A stretch of DNA of 64,000 nucleotides, from NCBI GenBank assembly GCA_024704765.1, contig JAKMXF010000336.1:62001-126000 (forward strand), in the 5' to 3' direction. Positions 22,204-35,490 of this stretch are shown one piece after another. The DNA is from Oopsacas minuta (lineage: Eukaryota > Animalia > Porifera). Below the pieces are notes generated by a model. It did not search any database, was not told where the DNA came from, and was given only the letters and a program-made list of their open reading frames with translations. The first letter of the stretch is position 1; every line of letters starts with the position of its first letter. The position numbers and the translations under genes were made by a program.

Positions 22204-23049
22204 ATGGCTACAGCTAATACTTTAGAGAGAATATTCCTTGTGAACAATATGAGCAGGATACAACCTATAGTCAGTCTTTGTAAAAGGGGAGACGGGCTAG
22301 AAAATCTTGATAGACCTAGCGGAGTAACTAATGATAATTCTACAGGAGATATCTATGTAGCAGATTATGGGAATAATTGTGTGAAAGTATTCGATAAGAA
22401 TGGTAAGATTATCCGTAAATTTGGAGATGAGGAAGGAGAAGGACAGATGAATGGTCCAATTGGGTTAGCTATATGTAGAGATAGAATTCTGATTACCCAA
22501 AGAAGCGGCTGTATTTGGAATTATCAAGTGAATGGAGAGTTTGTTTCTAGAATAGGGAAACCTGGGAAAGGAGAATTGGAATTTTATTCTCCTCTTGGGC
22601 TAACATTCGATGAATCTAACGGAGAGGTATACATATGTGATTGTCATAATAATCGTATTCAGATACTGTCCTCGGAACTTACCTACAAGACACAATTTGG
22701 ACAAGACAACCTCAAATCTCCTCTTGATGTTAAACTTACAAAAGAATTCATTTATATTCTTGATCGATCTAATCCTTGTCTTCATCTGTACAACTACAAT
22801 CTCATTCCACATAAGACTGTTATTTCTAGATTTCCAGATCAATTACAGCTGGAAAATCCATGGTCCTTCTATATTGACAATTCTAATAATATTCTTATTA
22901 CAGATTCTACTTATCACTATATATATATTTTCAACTCTCAATTTGATTTGATACACAAGATTCCATCAAATAATCCTACCGGTATTACAGTAGATAACAG
23001 AGGAAGAGTTATTGCAGTTTGTATTGGCGGTAATCTCAATATTTATTGA
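22204..23049 (+). CDS. NHL beta-propeller protein, propeller-only copy 4
   Basis: Open ORF with six NHL repeats. Confidence 0.9.
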   Translation: MATANTLERIFLVNNMSRIQPIVSLCKRGDGLENLDRPSGVTNDNSTGDIYVADYGNNCVKVFDKNGKIIRKFGDEEGEGQMNGPIGLAICRDRILITQRSGCIWNYQVNGEFVSRIGKPGKGELEFYSPLGLTFDESNGEVYICDCHNNRIQILSSELTYKTQFGQDNLKSPLDVKLTKEFIYILDRSNPCLHLYNYNLIPHKTVISRFPDQLQLENPWSFYIDNSNNILITDSTYHYIYIFNSQFDLIHKIPSNNPTGITVDNRGRVIAVCIGGNLNIY

Positions 23050-24966
23050 TAATTTCTATTTTACTAATATTCATTCAATCATTCATGTTCCCTTTAGAAT
23101 AATTTTTGTTATATTTGAAAAAATTATACTCTTTCCATATTATATATTATTCCTTATTGTTTAGAGGATGCCAATATGCCATAAGTCCGGACTATCCTTC
23201 TATTTCTCGTTTTGCGATTAACATTTCTCTCCTTAAGGGAGATGCACAGTGTTGTTTTGCCGAAAAACGAGGTGTGATGAGGACGTTCTCATTAAAGTTA
23301 AGCTATTTCTTATAAAAACTGTAAACGTCTCCAGGATAGATGTAGTACCCGTGAATTCCTCAAAGCACCACTGAGATACTTTAAGGATTAACAATTCAAC
23401 TTTGAACTAATATTACCTTTTGTATCACATTTTTACTGCTTTTATTACACTCAGGGCATCAAAGTAGCACACTTCATTTAAGATTCAGGAGAGGAAGGTG
23501 GAGCGGCGATCAATTATTGAAGAACCGCGCTCCTATTTAATTGAAATGTTTTACAAATTTTATCGTTATTCTGTATGAACTTTAGTATTCTTGCTATACA
23601 AAGATGATGATAAGACACTTTGGTATAATTAACAATTTATTGAAATGGTTTGAAGTTGCACAATTAGCAATTTCCTGAATATACAATTGTTAAATTCATC
23701 CTCATTACTTCAAATGCAAATCTAACGTAAATCTGAAAGAATTAAAAGAAACGCGATCCATTTCGACTTGAGCGGATCCGAGTCCCCTCCTTTTCCGAGT
23801 TAGGAGCGGAGTGGGACCGCGCTCCAACAATTGAAGAGCGTTAAAACTGTGTATTTGATAGGCAATTCTAATATTCTCGTATAATTAAAATTGGTATATT
23901 TTGACTCGAATAGATGTATTAATGATAATGAATATTTAATACTAGCTAAATGATCAAACTTATGTCGGGTCGAGATGACGTCATCTGGTTTACAAACAGA
24001 GAAATATGTGGTAAAATACGTACCATTTGTCAGTTGTGTGATTATACAATATACTCCGCTTAATAGAGCAACAGAACCATATAATTGATACAAATAGTGA
24101 TACTATTCCGGGGCTATAGGAATCGGGTATTTACTACAAATTGGTTATACTAATTTGATAAGAATTTGAACGATTATGGGGTTATAATTGGATACTAGCG
24201 CGCTTCGCTTGCTAGGGCGGAAGTATACCTGAACTTTCCATATATTTTAACATATGTATGAAACAACTACATTTGTCAGTACTCTTGGATCCCTACGCGA
24301 CGGGATATACTCAGCACTATGTGGCTCGAGGTTCATTTTTCGAATTTATTAATATCCATGGTCTTTCCAAATTCCATTAAATGGCCTTCTGTGGTAATAC
24401 TCGAGCTCTTACATAACTTTTGGCTAGTAACCTCGGCACTCATGTTTCATGTATTAAGAAATTCTAAAACTTTCGAATTTGGAAATTTTGAATGCTTAAA
24501 TAATGCAAAGTTTATTGTATTTGAATTACATAAACATCCTCTTAAATCCAACTATAAAACATTGATACAACATTATTCATTATTACTACATACAAAATCG
24601 TTAAATTCACTTGGGAATAATAATCCAATTCTTCGCCTGATATGCTGGTATTTTGTAAACAAATATCTTAACACGAGTTGACATCCATCGTGAGATGATT
24701 GTTTCAGCAAAACTTACTAAAAATGCATTCTGAGTGAAGAATTTGCTGTTAAAATACACCCCAAACGTCACTATCATTTGGTTAGGCTTGCAGTTAACCA
24801 TAATGGGAGTTGTTGGGTAGAAAAAGACCTTGAATAAACTTGCGAACTGTGAGTCTCGAGATGAGACAGTCGGACATGTGGACTAACTTTATTGAGGAAG
24901 TAATTGGGGGAATAAACCATGCTAATTGAATTCCAGACAAAGATCGTTAAAATGCCTAGAATTACG

Positions 24967-25112
24967 ATCTGTGCCGACAGCTTAGTACATTAATTTAATG
25001 TTTTAAGTAGCACTTTAACTGGAGTCACTACAAAACCCAATACTCATCATGCCTCCAATTTATAGTGTCAATTCAAACAAATTTGATTAAATACTAAGCT
25101 GTCGGCACAGAT
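24967..25112. mobile_element. Small MITE; related copy at 58305-58475
   Basis: Inverted repeats atctgtgccgacagcttagta / tactaagctgtcggcacagat. Confidence 0.65.
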
Positions 25113-25165
25113 TGAAATTTTAGATTTTTGTTCGCTCCGCTAGTGGTAATTGTAAGAAAAAATAC

Positions 25166-25823
25166 GGGTTACTTATATGTCGGCTAACCGAAAAAACGGC
25201 TAACCTATTGGAAATCAAGTAATAATTCTTAACATACATTTAATTTTCCTTTTTACAGAATACTATTATTTGTACACGGATTGTATATGGCAGAGTCAAT
25301 TTATTATAGCAATGAGTTTTACCACAATATATTAAAATAAAAAATTATTATTAATAATAACTCAAGATTAGATTTCCTAAAAAAGATATTCGAATAACAC
25401 AAATAATTTAAGCTCTAGTAAACACCACACAACACCCAAAGAACAAAAACCGGCCTACAAATAAAACATACGCAATACAAACATAAATATATAACACAAA
25501 AGCCGTTCTTCAATCCAACCCAGGTGGGACCAATACAAATAATAATAAAAAGTTTTAAGGAACTCGGCAAAAAAGGGACTCGACTGTTTACCAAAAACAT
25601 AGCCAATAGAAAATATTATTAATGGTGATGCCTGCTCAATAGTAAGGACGTCCACCAAATAAACGGAAGCGGATATTTACCCAGATGAAAACAAAAAAGA
25701 AAAGACAATTTGACAAAAAATTGTGAACTTAATTGATTTAGTTAGTTAATGCATACTATTTCCAATAGGTTGGCCGTTTTTTCGGCTAGGCGACAATGTA
25801 GGCCGCCGACATATAAGTAACCT
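25166..25823. mobile_element. Non-autonomous TIR element, about 660 bp
   Basis: Ends ggttacttatatgtcggc...ccgaaaaaacggc.aacctattggaaat in inverted orientation. Confidence 0.7.
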
Positions 25824-26061
25824 GGAAAACATAATCAAATATCAAACTAGAAAAGTAATTATTCGTAGATGCAATTGATTGGAAACATATACTGGAACAA
25901 CAGGATTCTATAAAAGAAAAAATCTAAAGTTCTAGACACTGGAAGAATGAAATATGTAGAAAATGTTGCTGAAACTATCGAAAATATTGAAATTCTAAAT
26001 ATTCTTAACATGAAACACAAGTGAGTTGGAAGGACAACTAAGTGATAGCAATCTACCAGCA

Positions 26062-27089
26062 TTATGGAAGTTGGGATTTAATGCCCAAAGCACTACTCTC
26101 AACATATTTACTAATCATTTCAATGTATTTTGGCCCCATCCCATAACAACCTCCCACTACACCACATCCTAACTTTATCCAAGTCTTAACCTGCTCCAAA
26201 TACTCCTCTTCAGGAATATCAATAAGGTTGCAAACGTGTGCATCTTCCTTAAAACTTTTTTCAATAGAATTAGGTGATTTATTATTAATCGGAGCAAATC
26301 TATTAGCATAAGCTCCAAATACATCAACTGCATGTTCTTTGCCTAATCTTATCAGCACTGGTAGAGCAGCTGTGATGATATCCAGCCCTGCACAATTCAG
26401 AAATAACCCATTGATAAATCCTGGAAACTTACCTAATAGTTTCTCAAGTGCATCTTCCAACTTTTCACCACTATGCAGCTCCACAATATCACTGTTTAAA
26501 AGAGAGAATGATAGCCAAACAGGTAAATCTCTATCACCTAACATCCCATCTTTTTTAGCAGTCTGCACACCACTCAGTGCAGTTACAGCTTCGTCAATGC
26601 TAGACATAGTCTCGCATAGAAATATGTCAGTGTATGGATATAATACATGAGCAATCTTAACGTAACTTGATATAATCTCAGATTTTCAGGGAACTTCATG
26701 CCCATGTAACTGAATCCATAGGGAGGAATTGATCCCGCTACTCTAATCCTGGAAGGATTTTCTAATAATATTTTAGCCTTTTGTGCTTGCTCTTCTGCAA
26801 CTTTTATCAATTCATACATTTTCTCAGTGATATGCATTGATTACCTCAGCTCCAGCATTGATGAAAGACAAATGAGCTTTATAGACAGATTTTGACTGGT
26901 TTAGCTAGTGCGCAGCACTCCAAATATGTTGAAATCTGGATCTGGATAGTTGACATCTAATTCTCTTCCATTCTTTTTGGATGATTCTTCAACATTCTGC
27001 AATTCGTCTTCATGATCACTCATATCTTTATCAGTACAGGACTTACGTTTTCTTCGTCCTTTAGTTGATTTGTCTTCGCATTCGGACAT
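26062..27089 (-). pseudogene. Homocysteine S-methyltransferase family pseudogene
   Basis: GREL...WSAAH*L..V..AHLSFINAGAEVI, VAGSIPPYG, DIFLCETMSSIDEA, LFLNC, GAYAN and VVGGCYG (normally GGCC) motifs, with several frameshifts and stops. Confidence 0.8.
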
Positions 27090-27504
27090 ACTAATATTCC
27101 GATGAAAATAGAGTAGTACCTATATTTGAGTGAAAATTTTCAGAATAAAGTAAAGATTCTGGAAGATTAGGGTTGATTTGGGCATCATGGGCATTTTCAC
27201 CATGGCTCACAAAACAAGCTATGGACAAGGTATACACACAAATTTAACAAAATTATAAGGAGCGTCACCTATTGGATCTCGAAAATTCAGCATTATTGGC
27301 TAATGCACAGCGAATATCACAGTATCTATCAATATCGGGAAACTGACATGAAGTAGCCTGGCTAGCGAAATACAAAATTTATAATATAAAATGTTGGGAA
27401 TATAAGCGATAATAATAATTAAGTGAATCTCAAAATGAGCGAGAAAGGAATATCCAAAACTAAAATACCATGTCCTATTGGAAAATAACAAATCTTTCAA
27501 TAAC

Positions 27505-30500
27505 TTAAGGACTAATCAAATCAAATTGTTCTTTTAGACTTAAGAGAACTTCACGTTGTGAATAATTTCTCCAATAATCTAGATCTTCATTAGGAAGATA
27601 TTGATATCTATTTAGAAGAGCTGATTCGAATTGGCAAGTAAACCATTGCCAATATTTAGACTCAACAGCATCATCAGCCAGGATTTTCCAGTTTTCAAAT
27701 TCAACTCCGGCTTTGTAAAACTCCCTGAATCGATATTCCTTCCATTTAACGTGAAATACTAAATCATCACGTACACCTATAGTGCACTGATCAATAGACA
27801 TCACTCTAGTCATAGGATTACGTCTGCCATGTACTGCAGGAACACGGTGTAGTGAACCACAGTAATGTTTCTCATGACTCCCACTACTTAGCTGACAGGG
27901 TTCATTACATAAAGGACAACAGGCCTGACATTGCAATAAATTATCCATAAGAGTTTCAAATTCATCACTATAATCCAGATTTGTTTCGATCCAAAATGTC
28001 CATTCGAAATTCTCACTTAGATTATCCAATTTGTCTCTTAAGCTACTACATATCATAGAAACATCTTCCACAGCATAAGTATCCAAAATATCAAGATCAA
28101 TCAACCTGACATCTTTGATATATTTACAGATTCGTTTATGTAATTCTAATTTCCAAGAATCCCAGCCTTTGTATATCTCAAAAGCATCATTAGCTTGAGT
28201 AGAATATAGTATAAGTAGACATTCTGCTTTTTTTCTTATTATTTTGTCGATTTTATCATTATTACCTGGATTGTCAAGGTAATTCACTAACTTTCTTGAT
28301 ACCCAATTACGAATATAATTGTTAGGATGTTTAATATACTTGATGTGTTGATAAAATTTATAAGAAAGGCAAAGTTCTTCAAGAATATTGAACTGTATTG
28401 CAGCTTTATTTCGAAATTTGGAGTAATTATCTAAGAAAAAGCTTTCTACTGCAGATTTATTTAATTCATCTACCATGTGCGCCTTCATGCCTTCAAATAA
28501 TATTCGTGCCAAGTGAAGAGTACATGCCATATTGGTTTGGATGGATTGGGTAAGATTCTGAAAGAGTGAAAAGAATTTTTCCTTAGATTGGGTAAGATGG
28601 AATTGAATGGAGTATTTCTGAATGAATTTATCTTGAATCTCTTCTAAACGCGGTATTGCTCTGCAACATTGGTAAAATGTCATATCAAATAAGAAATCGT
28701 GTGAAAATTCAAAACATATAGAAAAGTTAGAAGAAGCTTCATGGCTATTGATGTCATGGAAAAGTCCTCTCACTTCAAAAGCAATTTCACCAAAGAAATT
28801 GGAGTCATAACCGTCTCGAGAACAAAATTTGTCAAATATAATATCACAATTGCGAGAGAAATCACTCAAATGGTCATAAAATGAACTAATTAATTGTTTG
28901 GTGGTGTGATCAATATGATCTCTCCTCCTTCTCAGTAGTGCATTCCACAAAAGTGGAAAATAGTCGATAGTATGACGAAATTATAATTTAAGGAAAAATG
29001 TTGTTCTTTAAAGTAGAAATGATCTATCCCAATCCTTTTGAAACCATTGCAATTATTGTAAATTGGACGACGAGCAAGATACCGAAATTGTACAAATTCA
29101 GTCCAATCTTTAAACAAAAATTGGACTAAATCCTTGCCAATATTTCGTTTTTCAATGAATATCTCCTCAACGCCAATATCAGAAACGCAAGCAGCCCAAC
29201 TATCATCAAATATCTCCTTTAGTTTTCGTTGAGGAAGAGGCGAATCTATATCTGCGTGTTCTTTTATAAAATTCTTTGCGTATTGTATCAATTTACTCTC
29301 GAATATATCGATCCTTTCTAACAGCTTCCGATGGTTGACAATTGATTCTCCTTCCTTTTTACACTTCTCGTAAGTTAACTTTCTAAGATTTTCCCTTGAG
29401 CAAATAAAGTTTTCGACTGTTCTTTGTTGCCATTGAGTAAAGATATCATACATAGTATTCGTAGAATCAAAAAAATCATCAATAATTTTATACTCCTCTT
29501 CTTTACAAAACTCAATGGAAACTCGATTTAAATCTTCAAAAAGTTCTTGCAACGTTTGAGGAATATCATTACAATTTGATAACTGATTCACAGCACTCAT
29601 TTGCCATGTAGAGATTTCCTTAGAGAATTTAAATTGCCACATATTAACTGCATTGTCTAGTTCTCGAGAAGCATTAATTTCTTGAACGTTCTTAAAATGA
29701 AAAACAAAGTTCTCATTAAGTATAGCGGCCCATAACTGAGTAATACTTGTAATTAGAGAAGATATAGATTTTGGTTTGAATGAGAGATTAAGTTTGCGTA
29801 TTCGCAGTATCCTAAGCTTGAGTTCGAATGCATTAGCACTATAGGAAAAGTTTACAGGAGCCATTGGTGGATCACCTCGAAACAAAGCTGGGAAATACAA
29901 TACATCATCCTCAGGGTGAAAATCAATCAGGTCAGAGAAACGTTTAATCGTGGATGATTTATTCTCGAGTTTGGCAGCAGCACAAGTCATTTCATTGAGT
30001 TTATGGATTAACGCGGCCCTGGCTGGGCCCAGTTTTTCGCCAGAACCTGTTGCAGTGACATTCTGATGAACAAACACACATTTGGGCTTAATCCATGTCA
30101 GTTTCATTCGAAGGAATGCGTGAATCGCGATTGGCAGGATATCTTCCATCTCAGTGGAAGTTTCTCCCATGATGTTAATTATTGTCAAATGACTAAGTCC
30201 AATTGCGAAAGTCGCGAGTTCATTGTCATGAAATCTGCTAGTTTCAGTGTCTAATTCTGGTGCACGTAATCCCTCTGTATCAAGAACAACTAGATAGTCA
30301 TAACCAAGTGTATCAATTATATCCTCAGCGACCTGTATCATCTGCATAAATATCCCTTTGGTACAACGTCCAGCTGAAACAGCAAAGTGCAAGCCAAACA
30401 TAGTGTTAAGTAAGGTACTTTTGCCACTACTCTGAACTCCAAGGATTGAGATTATATATAAACGTTTATTTCCGATTTTGGCTTTCAACTCATGCAACAC

Positions 30501-32748
30501 TTGAGACAGCCATACAATTGGTACATGTGACGCATCCCCATCTAGAATCTCAATTGGATAACCTTGAACGAGGATGTTAGCAGTAAACTTTGGTAATAGG
30601 CAAAAATCTATGTCAAAATTTGTATTTATGCATTCCCGTTGTTTGAGAGAAGCTTGTGTAAACGACTCATAAACCTGGGAAAATTCTCGGAAAATATGCT
30701 CAATACCCAATGACGATTTACTTAAGTTCTTAGCAGATTCTAGATAATTGTTCTCAAGTTTGCGAAGTTCTTTTTCATTGAGATCATCAGCTAAAGACGA
30801 ATGAAGAACTCTAGAAATGTCCTTATGTGCTTGATAAAGAGTAGGCATGTGTTCACTACAGATTACATTTAGTTCAAGTGTTAATCTATTCCATAGGAGC
30901 TCAGTGTGGAAAAGTCTGAAAAAACTTAACTCACATATTCGAAAGAGCTCGTAAAGAAAATTAGATCTTGTTTTATCAAGTAAATCAATTTGTGATTGCC
31001 TACATCCGTTCATTTTATCTCTCAATTCACTCTTGTATTTTTCTATGTCTTGATCTCCTCGCTTTTTCAATCGAATAGACTCTGCATAGTATTTTGACCA
31101 TTCTTCCCAGGGTTGACTTTGCAATGGAAAATACTTCTCCTTAATGAAACGCATGGGATCTTTGGTTGTTTGATTGGAATCAGCTATCAACTGCTTCAAA
31201 ATTAAACATATTTCAGCTTCTGTTTCCTTAATGTAAGATGCGTTACAATCCAAATCTATGCCATGGTCACATTCAAATACATGAGTAGCTAACGAACACA
31301 AATCTTCTACTGGGGTATTCTGAGAATGTAGATTAATTAGGCCGCAAAAATTATCTATATCTTTGGACCAGTTACTTCTTCCTAAGACAATGGTATGTTC
31401 TTTGTCAGCTTTCACATTCGGACAAGACTTAAGTATCTGTTTTGCTTCAGCAGTTAACGCAGGGAATACACACACAATTTTACTACTTGATTTATCGTAG
31501 AGATTTCTCAGTGAATCTATCTCAGTTTCATTTATGCCACCAGACCAGAAAAAAAGAAATATTTTGTTAGAAATTGTTTGAAGGAATTTAAGCTGTTTGA
31601 GGTGCTGCGCAGCATTACCTCTCAAATTTAAAAAAGTTATAGGATTGGCAAAGGTATTCGTGCCTTTGGCCTTTTTACGTGGCAGAGACCAAGATAGTTC
31701 AACTGTGCCGTCAAATAACAGACGAGATTTCGTACTTCCTGGGCTATTACAATGGAGAAAACAGTCATGGTCAAACTCAAGGATGTCATTGAGGATTTTA
31801 GACTTTGAAAATTCGTTCGATGAATGCTTACCAAATCGAATAAAACTGATAATCGGCATTGGTTCATTAAATAATATGGATTCTCTCGCTTTCTCGTTCT
31901 CAGCATCTTTCTTCCATTCACTTGAAAGGGATTGGAATGGAAAAGCAAAAATCTTAGGCTGACAAGTTGATGGATCAAGGATAATTAAGGGTAGAGAAAG
32001 TTTGCATTTGTCTAGTTTTTTTAGTATTTTTCGTTGAAATAGAGGATCAATTGAGAGATAAAGAAGAAGAAAAATATCCATTGGATGAATTTCTTTACCT
32101 GTCTCTGTAATTGCTTCTCCACCGATTGAATCGAAAAAACTATCAAGATCATCGCTTGCAGGAACAGGAGGCAAGTCTTGTACGGATTCTGGGAGGTCAA
32201 TTTTACGACTTGATGCATCTTCAAGGATTATCTTTTGCAACATAACTTGAGTCAAATTAGCCAAACTATGGGGAATTCCGGTATCAATGTCCTGCTTTTT
32301 AATGCTAATACCGGAAATGTAGTGGGTCAATCCTAGAAGCATTTGATTTTGGTCCAAATTTAGGAGTTCATGTAATTCAATGAAACCTAAACAAATATAA
32401 TCATAAGAATAAAAGCCGCGAAGTAAAAATGTTAAAAAGAAAATTGTATAGTCGATTCGCTAACTTACCTTTAGCTTGAACAGAACAATTCTTAAAATGA
32501 GGTGAATTTAACTGCGATATATTAAATTCGATTTGTTGGGACGATTCAACAGTTTTTGGGTTAATTACAGAAGTCTCTTCACAAACAACAGACAAATCTT
32601 CAGCCTCTATAGGTATATCATTTTCATCATCTTCTAGAAAACTTATATCTTCCAGATTTATTGGGATTTTAGTAGTATCTGCTTCCGAATCAGGTTCTAT
32701 CACAGTTTCAGGAAATTGGGCATCAGATTCAGCATGAGAACTCGCCAT
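27505..32748 (-). pseudogene. GVIN1: Very large inducible GTPase (VLIG/GVIN1/URGCP-like), 2 exons, one frameshift
   Basis: G1 GVQSSGKSTLLN, FAVSAGRCTKG, G3 DTEGL, HDNELATF and C-terminal CQACCPLCNEPC motifs. Exon 1 is 32748-32469 (AG|GTAAGT); an 82-nt phase-1 intron joins it in frame to exon 2 from 32386. There is a 1-nt frameshift at about 28979. Confidence 0.85.
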
Positions 32749-33201
32749 AGTTGGGTGCTAATGTATAGAATTTAGATTTTGTAATGAAGAAGATATTATG
32801 CAAGACAATTATATAGCGAATTATGGGTAGAAAATAAATATCGAATGGCTAAGAGATATATCAGAATTCATTCTATTAGGCGCATATAATTTAACTAATT
32901 TTCATAACTTGACATATTTAGACACAACGCCCTAATGTCAATAGTAAAGTACGGATTAATATAACATAGCTAGAACTTCAATGTTTAACTCTATGGAAGT
33001 TTATTTAGCGCTGGATATAGACAGTTAGACAGATTGACTAAACTTGTCCACAATTGTTGAACATTTAGAAATATATGTCAATGGTGGCAAAAATAGATAA
33101 ATGTATGTACGTATTTAATATTTAAATGTGATTAGTACTTCCATAGACATAGTACATGTAATAAGTGAGACTGTCAATATAGCATGAGAGGGGTTATAAT
33201 A

Positions 33202-34026
33202 TTATGTTATCCATTCAGGTTTTGACAAGTTAGACATAGATTTTATGCCCGGTGAAGAATCCAAGGATGTTTGCTTGGAAGATATTTTTCCGTATACCTT
33301 ATGGCTTTCATAATGCCTCTCATGTTCCCTTCTGGAGATCTCCTTGCTAGTTTCCGCTGACTGGATGCGTTTTAAGAGATTTAAATTTTCCTGTTCAATT
33401 CGAGTCAAGCGTGTTCTATTTATACTTGCTGGAACAACTGTGGATTTAATAATGCTAACTTGTCCATGAGAAGATCTAACTACACAAGGTTTGCTCTGTT
33501 TTATCTGTTTAGCAAGTCGTGAGTTTTCTCTCTCAACCTCCTGACGCCGAGATGCATTTCCGTAATTGTCAACTGGTGCTTGTGTCAAAGAATGTGTGTA
33601 AGGATTAGTCAATGTGACGTCATTAGATGGTTCAATGGTGGATTCGAAATTAAGCAGCGCATCCAAAATATCATGCAAATCTGACTTATCTTCATCTGGG
33701 TATAATGATGAAGTTTAAAATTCAACATTTGAATCTGATGCACTAGGATCTAAAGTGGATTCGTTGCTGTAGCTTGGAGGTTTGTTGGTAGATGGACTTA
33801 TGTATTTGGGAGCTATCTTATCAATGCTTTGAGATAGAGAGCTGTATCATTTAGGTGTTGATTCAAAAGCAGTGGTAGAGACTGGAGAAGTTGTGAGACT
33901 AGGTATTGAAAAACTTAATTCGATGTCTCCTTTCTTTACAGGAGATGGAACTACAATTTGAGATGCCTTAGGAGATGATTCCCCTATACTCCAGAACTTG
34001 TCATCATCGCTATGAGAATCATGCAT
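33202..34026 (-). pseudogene. CFAP97: CFAP97 (KIAA1430)-domain gene with two in-frame stops
   Basis: EVERENSRLAKQI...ASINR..RIEQENLNLLKRIQS...KPEW. ATG at 34026 is in frame, with TGA at 33847-33849 and TAA at 33715-33717. Confidence 0.65.
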
Positions 34027-34217
34027 TGCTACAGTTTTAAGAAATAAATAAGTAAATGCATTAATTCTGTTAAACGCAAAATCGAAATATGGGAAACGAG
34101 AGAATGGGCAAATCTAAACGATTAATTCCCATTTGCAATGTTCTGTTAATGCAATTGGGCAAGGGGGTAAAATATAATTAATAATTATACTAAAACATAC
34201 ATTCGTAAAATAAACAA

Positions 34218-35490
34218 TCAAAGCTTAGATTTAGTCGGATTAACAATGTCATCAAGAGAATCTGGAAAATTAATCATCCAGTCCTCCAGAGCATCCTGTA
34301 TCCCTCTGAACTTAAACTCAGGCAAAATGTTACCAATGCGGTTATTCGCTAAACTCGAGTTGAGAGGTCGTTTCGCAACAAGCGCAAGAAAAGAGTCCAC
34401 TTTCTCAATCAAGGTGTTTTCCAAGTTGAAGTTATTCGCTATCTTTAATGCCCAATCATACTTGCTAACTGATTCAGGTCCAGCTAAATGCATTACACCA
34501 CAACAGTCATGTACTAACAACTGAATAATACACTCTGCAAGGTCTACTGTGTACGTGGGTGTACTTACTACATGACTGAATGCTGGAAATTTCAGATTAT
34601 CCTTCAACTTTCTTACAACTTGACATGGAAAATTCTTGCTTAACTTATCAGGTCCGAATAGTGAGCTTGTTCTCACCACAAGATTATCTTTGCTTATGGA
34701 TAACACAAATTGCTCTCCTCTGTGCTTAGTTTGTCCATACACATTCAATTGAGAAATGGTATCCTCTTCCATGTATTTATCTCCATAGATAGGAAGCACA
34801 CCGCCAAACACGTAATCTGTTGAAATGTATATGGTTTTTGCGCCAATCTTTTTCGCTTCTAAGGATAACGAAAATACAGCATTATAGTTTATGTCATAAG
34901 CTTTATTCTGCGACTTTTCACAGCAGTCTACCATGTCATGGCTGCACAAATTATCACTATATTCCGGTGACATAGTTGCAGTAGGAATGGTAAGTAAAGG
35001 TATTCTCAGTAGAAGAAGAATTCAGATCCATTTTAACACAATGAGTATCAACTTTGTTATTACAATATGTTCCGTATACAACGTACTGCGATTGGTAATA
35101 TTTCTGTAATTTATAAGTTAAAATACTTCCCAACTGGCCTGAAGCTCCTATAAACAAGATGCGAGTTCTATGAGGAGATAATCCTTTGGGAAGATTGTCA
35201 GGTATCAATAATGCAGTATCTCTATCCTTAGGAGAAATCTCAAGTTTAGCTATATCAAGATGCCAGTGTACATTAACGAACGGATCATCAAATCTACAAT
35301 TGTCTTCAAGTGCTGGATTAAATGGCTGGCTCTGGCCGTAAACGACTAGAGTATCATTCTCTAGAGATAGAAGTGCATGTCCACAGTCTGCAGGTATATA
35401 CAATTGTTTGTGATTAATAAGGGTATACAATAAGTTACAATCCACTCTATGTATTTCCGTGTAAATTAAAGAGTCATTAGAATCCAGAGT
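34218..35490 (-). pseudogene. rmlD: RmlC-RmlD (dTDP-4-dehydrorhamnose epimerase-reductase) fusion, frameshifted and 5'-truncated
   Basis: The RmlC cupin tail (QLYIPADCGHALLSLENDTLVVY...RFDDP..VHW...ISPKD) runs directly into RmlD motifs (FIGASGQLG, IICAAMTW-VDCCE, YISTDYVF, YGQTK). There are 1-nt losses at about 35000 and 34931. Confidence 0.8.

Noticed and set aside
23800-25658. Short ORFs at 23800-24093, 24319-24801 and 25415-25658 as genes
   Set aside because: Low-complexity AT-rich translations inside repeat or MITE sequence, with no motifs.
28932-28980. Programmed ribosomal frameshift in the VLIG gene
   Set aside because: No canonical X XXY YYZ slippery site or obvious downstream structure, and neighbouring genes carry similar random lesions.
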